Source: Ruditapes philippinarum
Taxonomy: Eukaryota
NCBI RefSeq assembly: GCF_026571515.1
Contig: NW_026852366.1
Span: forward strand, 124,001-188,000
Reading direction: 5' to 3'
Length of the DNA: 64,000 nt
Of this stretch, positions 62,815-64,000 are shown piece after piece. A model generated the notes under the pieces. That model was given only the letters and a program-made list of their open reading frames with translations, had not been told where the DNA came from and searched no databases. The translations under genes and the position numbers were made by a program. Every line of letters starts with the position of its first letter. Positions within the stretch are counted from its first letter, which is position 1.

Positions 62815-63800
62815 TTTTTTATGCCCCCGCCATGTAATGGCCGGGGCATATAGTGTTACCCTGTTCCGTCCTTCCGTCATTCCGTCATTCCGTCATTCTG
62901 TCATTCCGTCATCATCAGTTTCCGTTCATTATCTCCCCAACGGTACAACACATTCAACTTAAATTTGACATATGGATATGTCATGAGAAAATACAGGTCA
63001 AGTTCGAATTTGGTCATGGTTCGATGATTTTTGGCAGAGTTATGCCCCTTTTACTTTGAAAATAATATGAAATTTTCAGTTTCCGTTCATTATCTCCCCA
63101 ACGGTACAACACATTCAACTCAAATTTGACATATGGATATCTCATGAGAAAATACAGGTCAAGGTCGAATTTGGTCATGGTTCGATGATTTTTGGCAGAG
63201 TTATGCCCCTTTTACTTTGAAAATAATGTGAAATTTTCAGTTTCCGTTCATTATCTCCCAAACGGTACAACACATTCAACTCAAATTTGACATATGGATA
63301 TGTCATGAGAAAATACAGGTAAAGTTCGAATTTGGTCATGGTTCGATGATTTTTGGCAGAGTTATGCCCCTTTTTCTTTGTAAATAATATGAAATTTTCA
63401 GTTTCCGTTCATTATCTCCCCAACAGTACAACACATTCAACTCAAATTTGACATATGGATATGTTTCTGGAATGCCCAGGCCAATTTCGAATTTGGTCAT
63501 GGTTCAATGATTTTTGGCAGAGTAATGCCCCTTTCACTTTGAAAATAATATGAAATTTACAGTTTCTGTTCATTATCTACCCAACAGTGTTACATATTCA
63601 ACTCAAATTTGACATATGGATATGTCAAAGGAATGGGCAGGTCAAGTTGGAATTTGGTCATGGTTCGATGATTTTTTGGCAGAGTTATGTCCCTTTCACT
63701 TTGAAAATAATATAGATACGTCTTAGGAATAAGCAGTTTAAGTTTGAATTTGGTCATGGTTTTAATGATTTTGGACAACCTGATCTTTCTTGAATATTGG
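62815..63800 (+). mobile_element. Helentron/HINE-type element with ~5 x 161-bp array
   Basis: 5' tttttatgcccccgccatgtaatggccggggcata hairpin, (ttccgtca)n microsatellite, units tttccgttcattatctccc at 62919, 63080, 63241 and onward. Confidence 0.8.
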
Positions 63801-64000
63801 AAATTTTTTGAACTTTTTGTTTCAGCACTCATACTTTTGTGGAAATGTATGTATAGCCATTATTTTGGCTACAAATATGAAATATGCTATTTTCAAAAGG
63901 TTAAGACTGAATAATTTCAGTGCCTTGAATATTGTATGAAAATGGTTTGTGTTAACACTGAAAAGTTTAAAGGGCTTTGAACTTAAAATGAAAACAATAA

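Overview
AT-rich eukaryotic genomic DNA with GT-AG introns. The repeat content (tRNA-derived SINEs, Helentron-type elements with internal satellite arrays, TTAA MITEs) suggests a bivalve mollusc; this is inference. The left half (1-35.3 kb) holds a cluster of related single-pass membrane-protein genes that I reconstructed exon by exon. Two 10-exon genes sit head-to-head (D on -, 18379-24793; E on +, 25367-~35331). They share a 12-Cys ectodomain and a 9-nt Cys micro-exon but have unrelated cytoplasmic tails. Three 3-exon paralogues (A pseudogene, B frameshifted, C intact) have a signal-peptide exon spliced straight to the TM exon and carry the D-type tail, which ends in a CCDC181-like coiled-coil motif plus WYP. 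Positions 1-8.4 kb duplicate 9.2-15.1 kb. The sequence just after the assembly gap is a copy of an IGHMBP2 intron fused into an exon, which suggests a ~42 kb tandem segmental duplication. The right half (38.0-60.8 kb and beyond) is IGHMBP2/SMUBP-2 (UPF1-like SF1 helicase; 13 exons found, 3' end outside the window), with a nest of non-autonomous transposons in intron 1. Several stretches (1-760, 34.4-38.0 kb) look like unpolished long-read consensus. All alignments and family assignments were made by eye and from memory.
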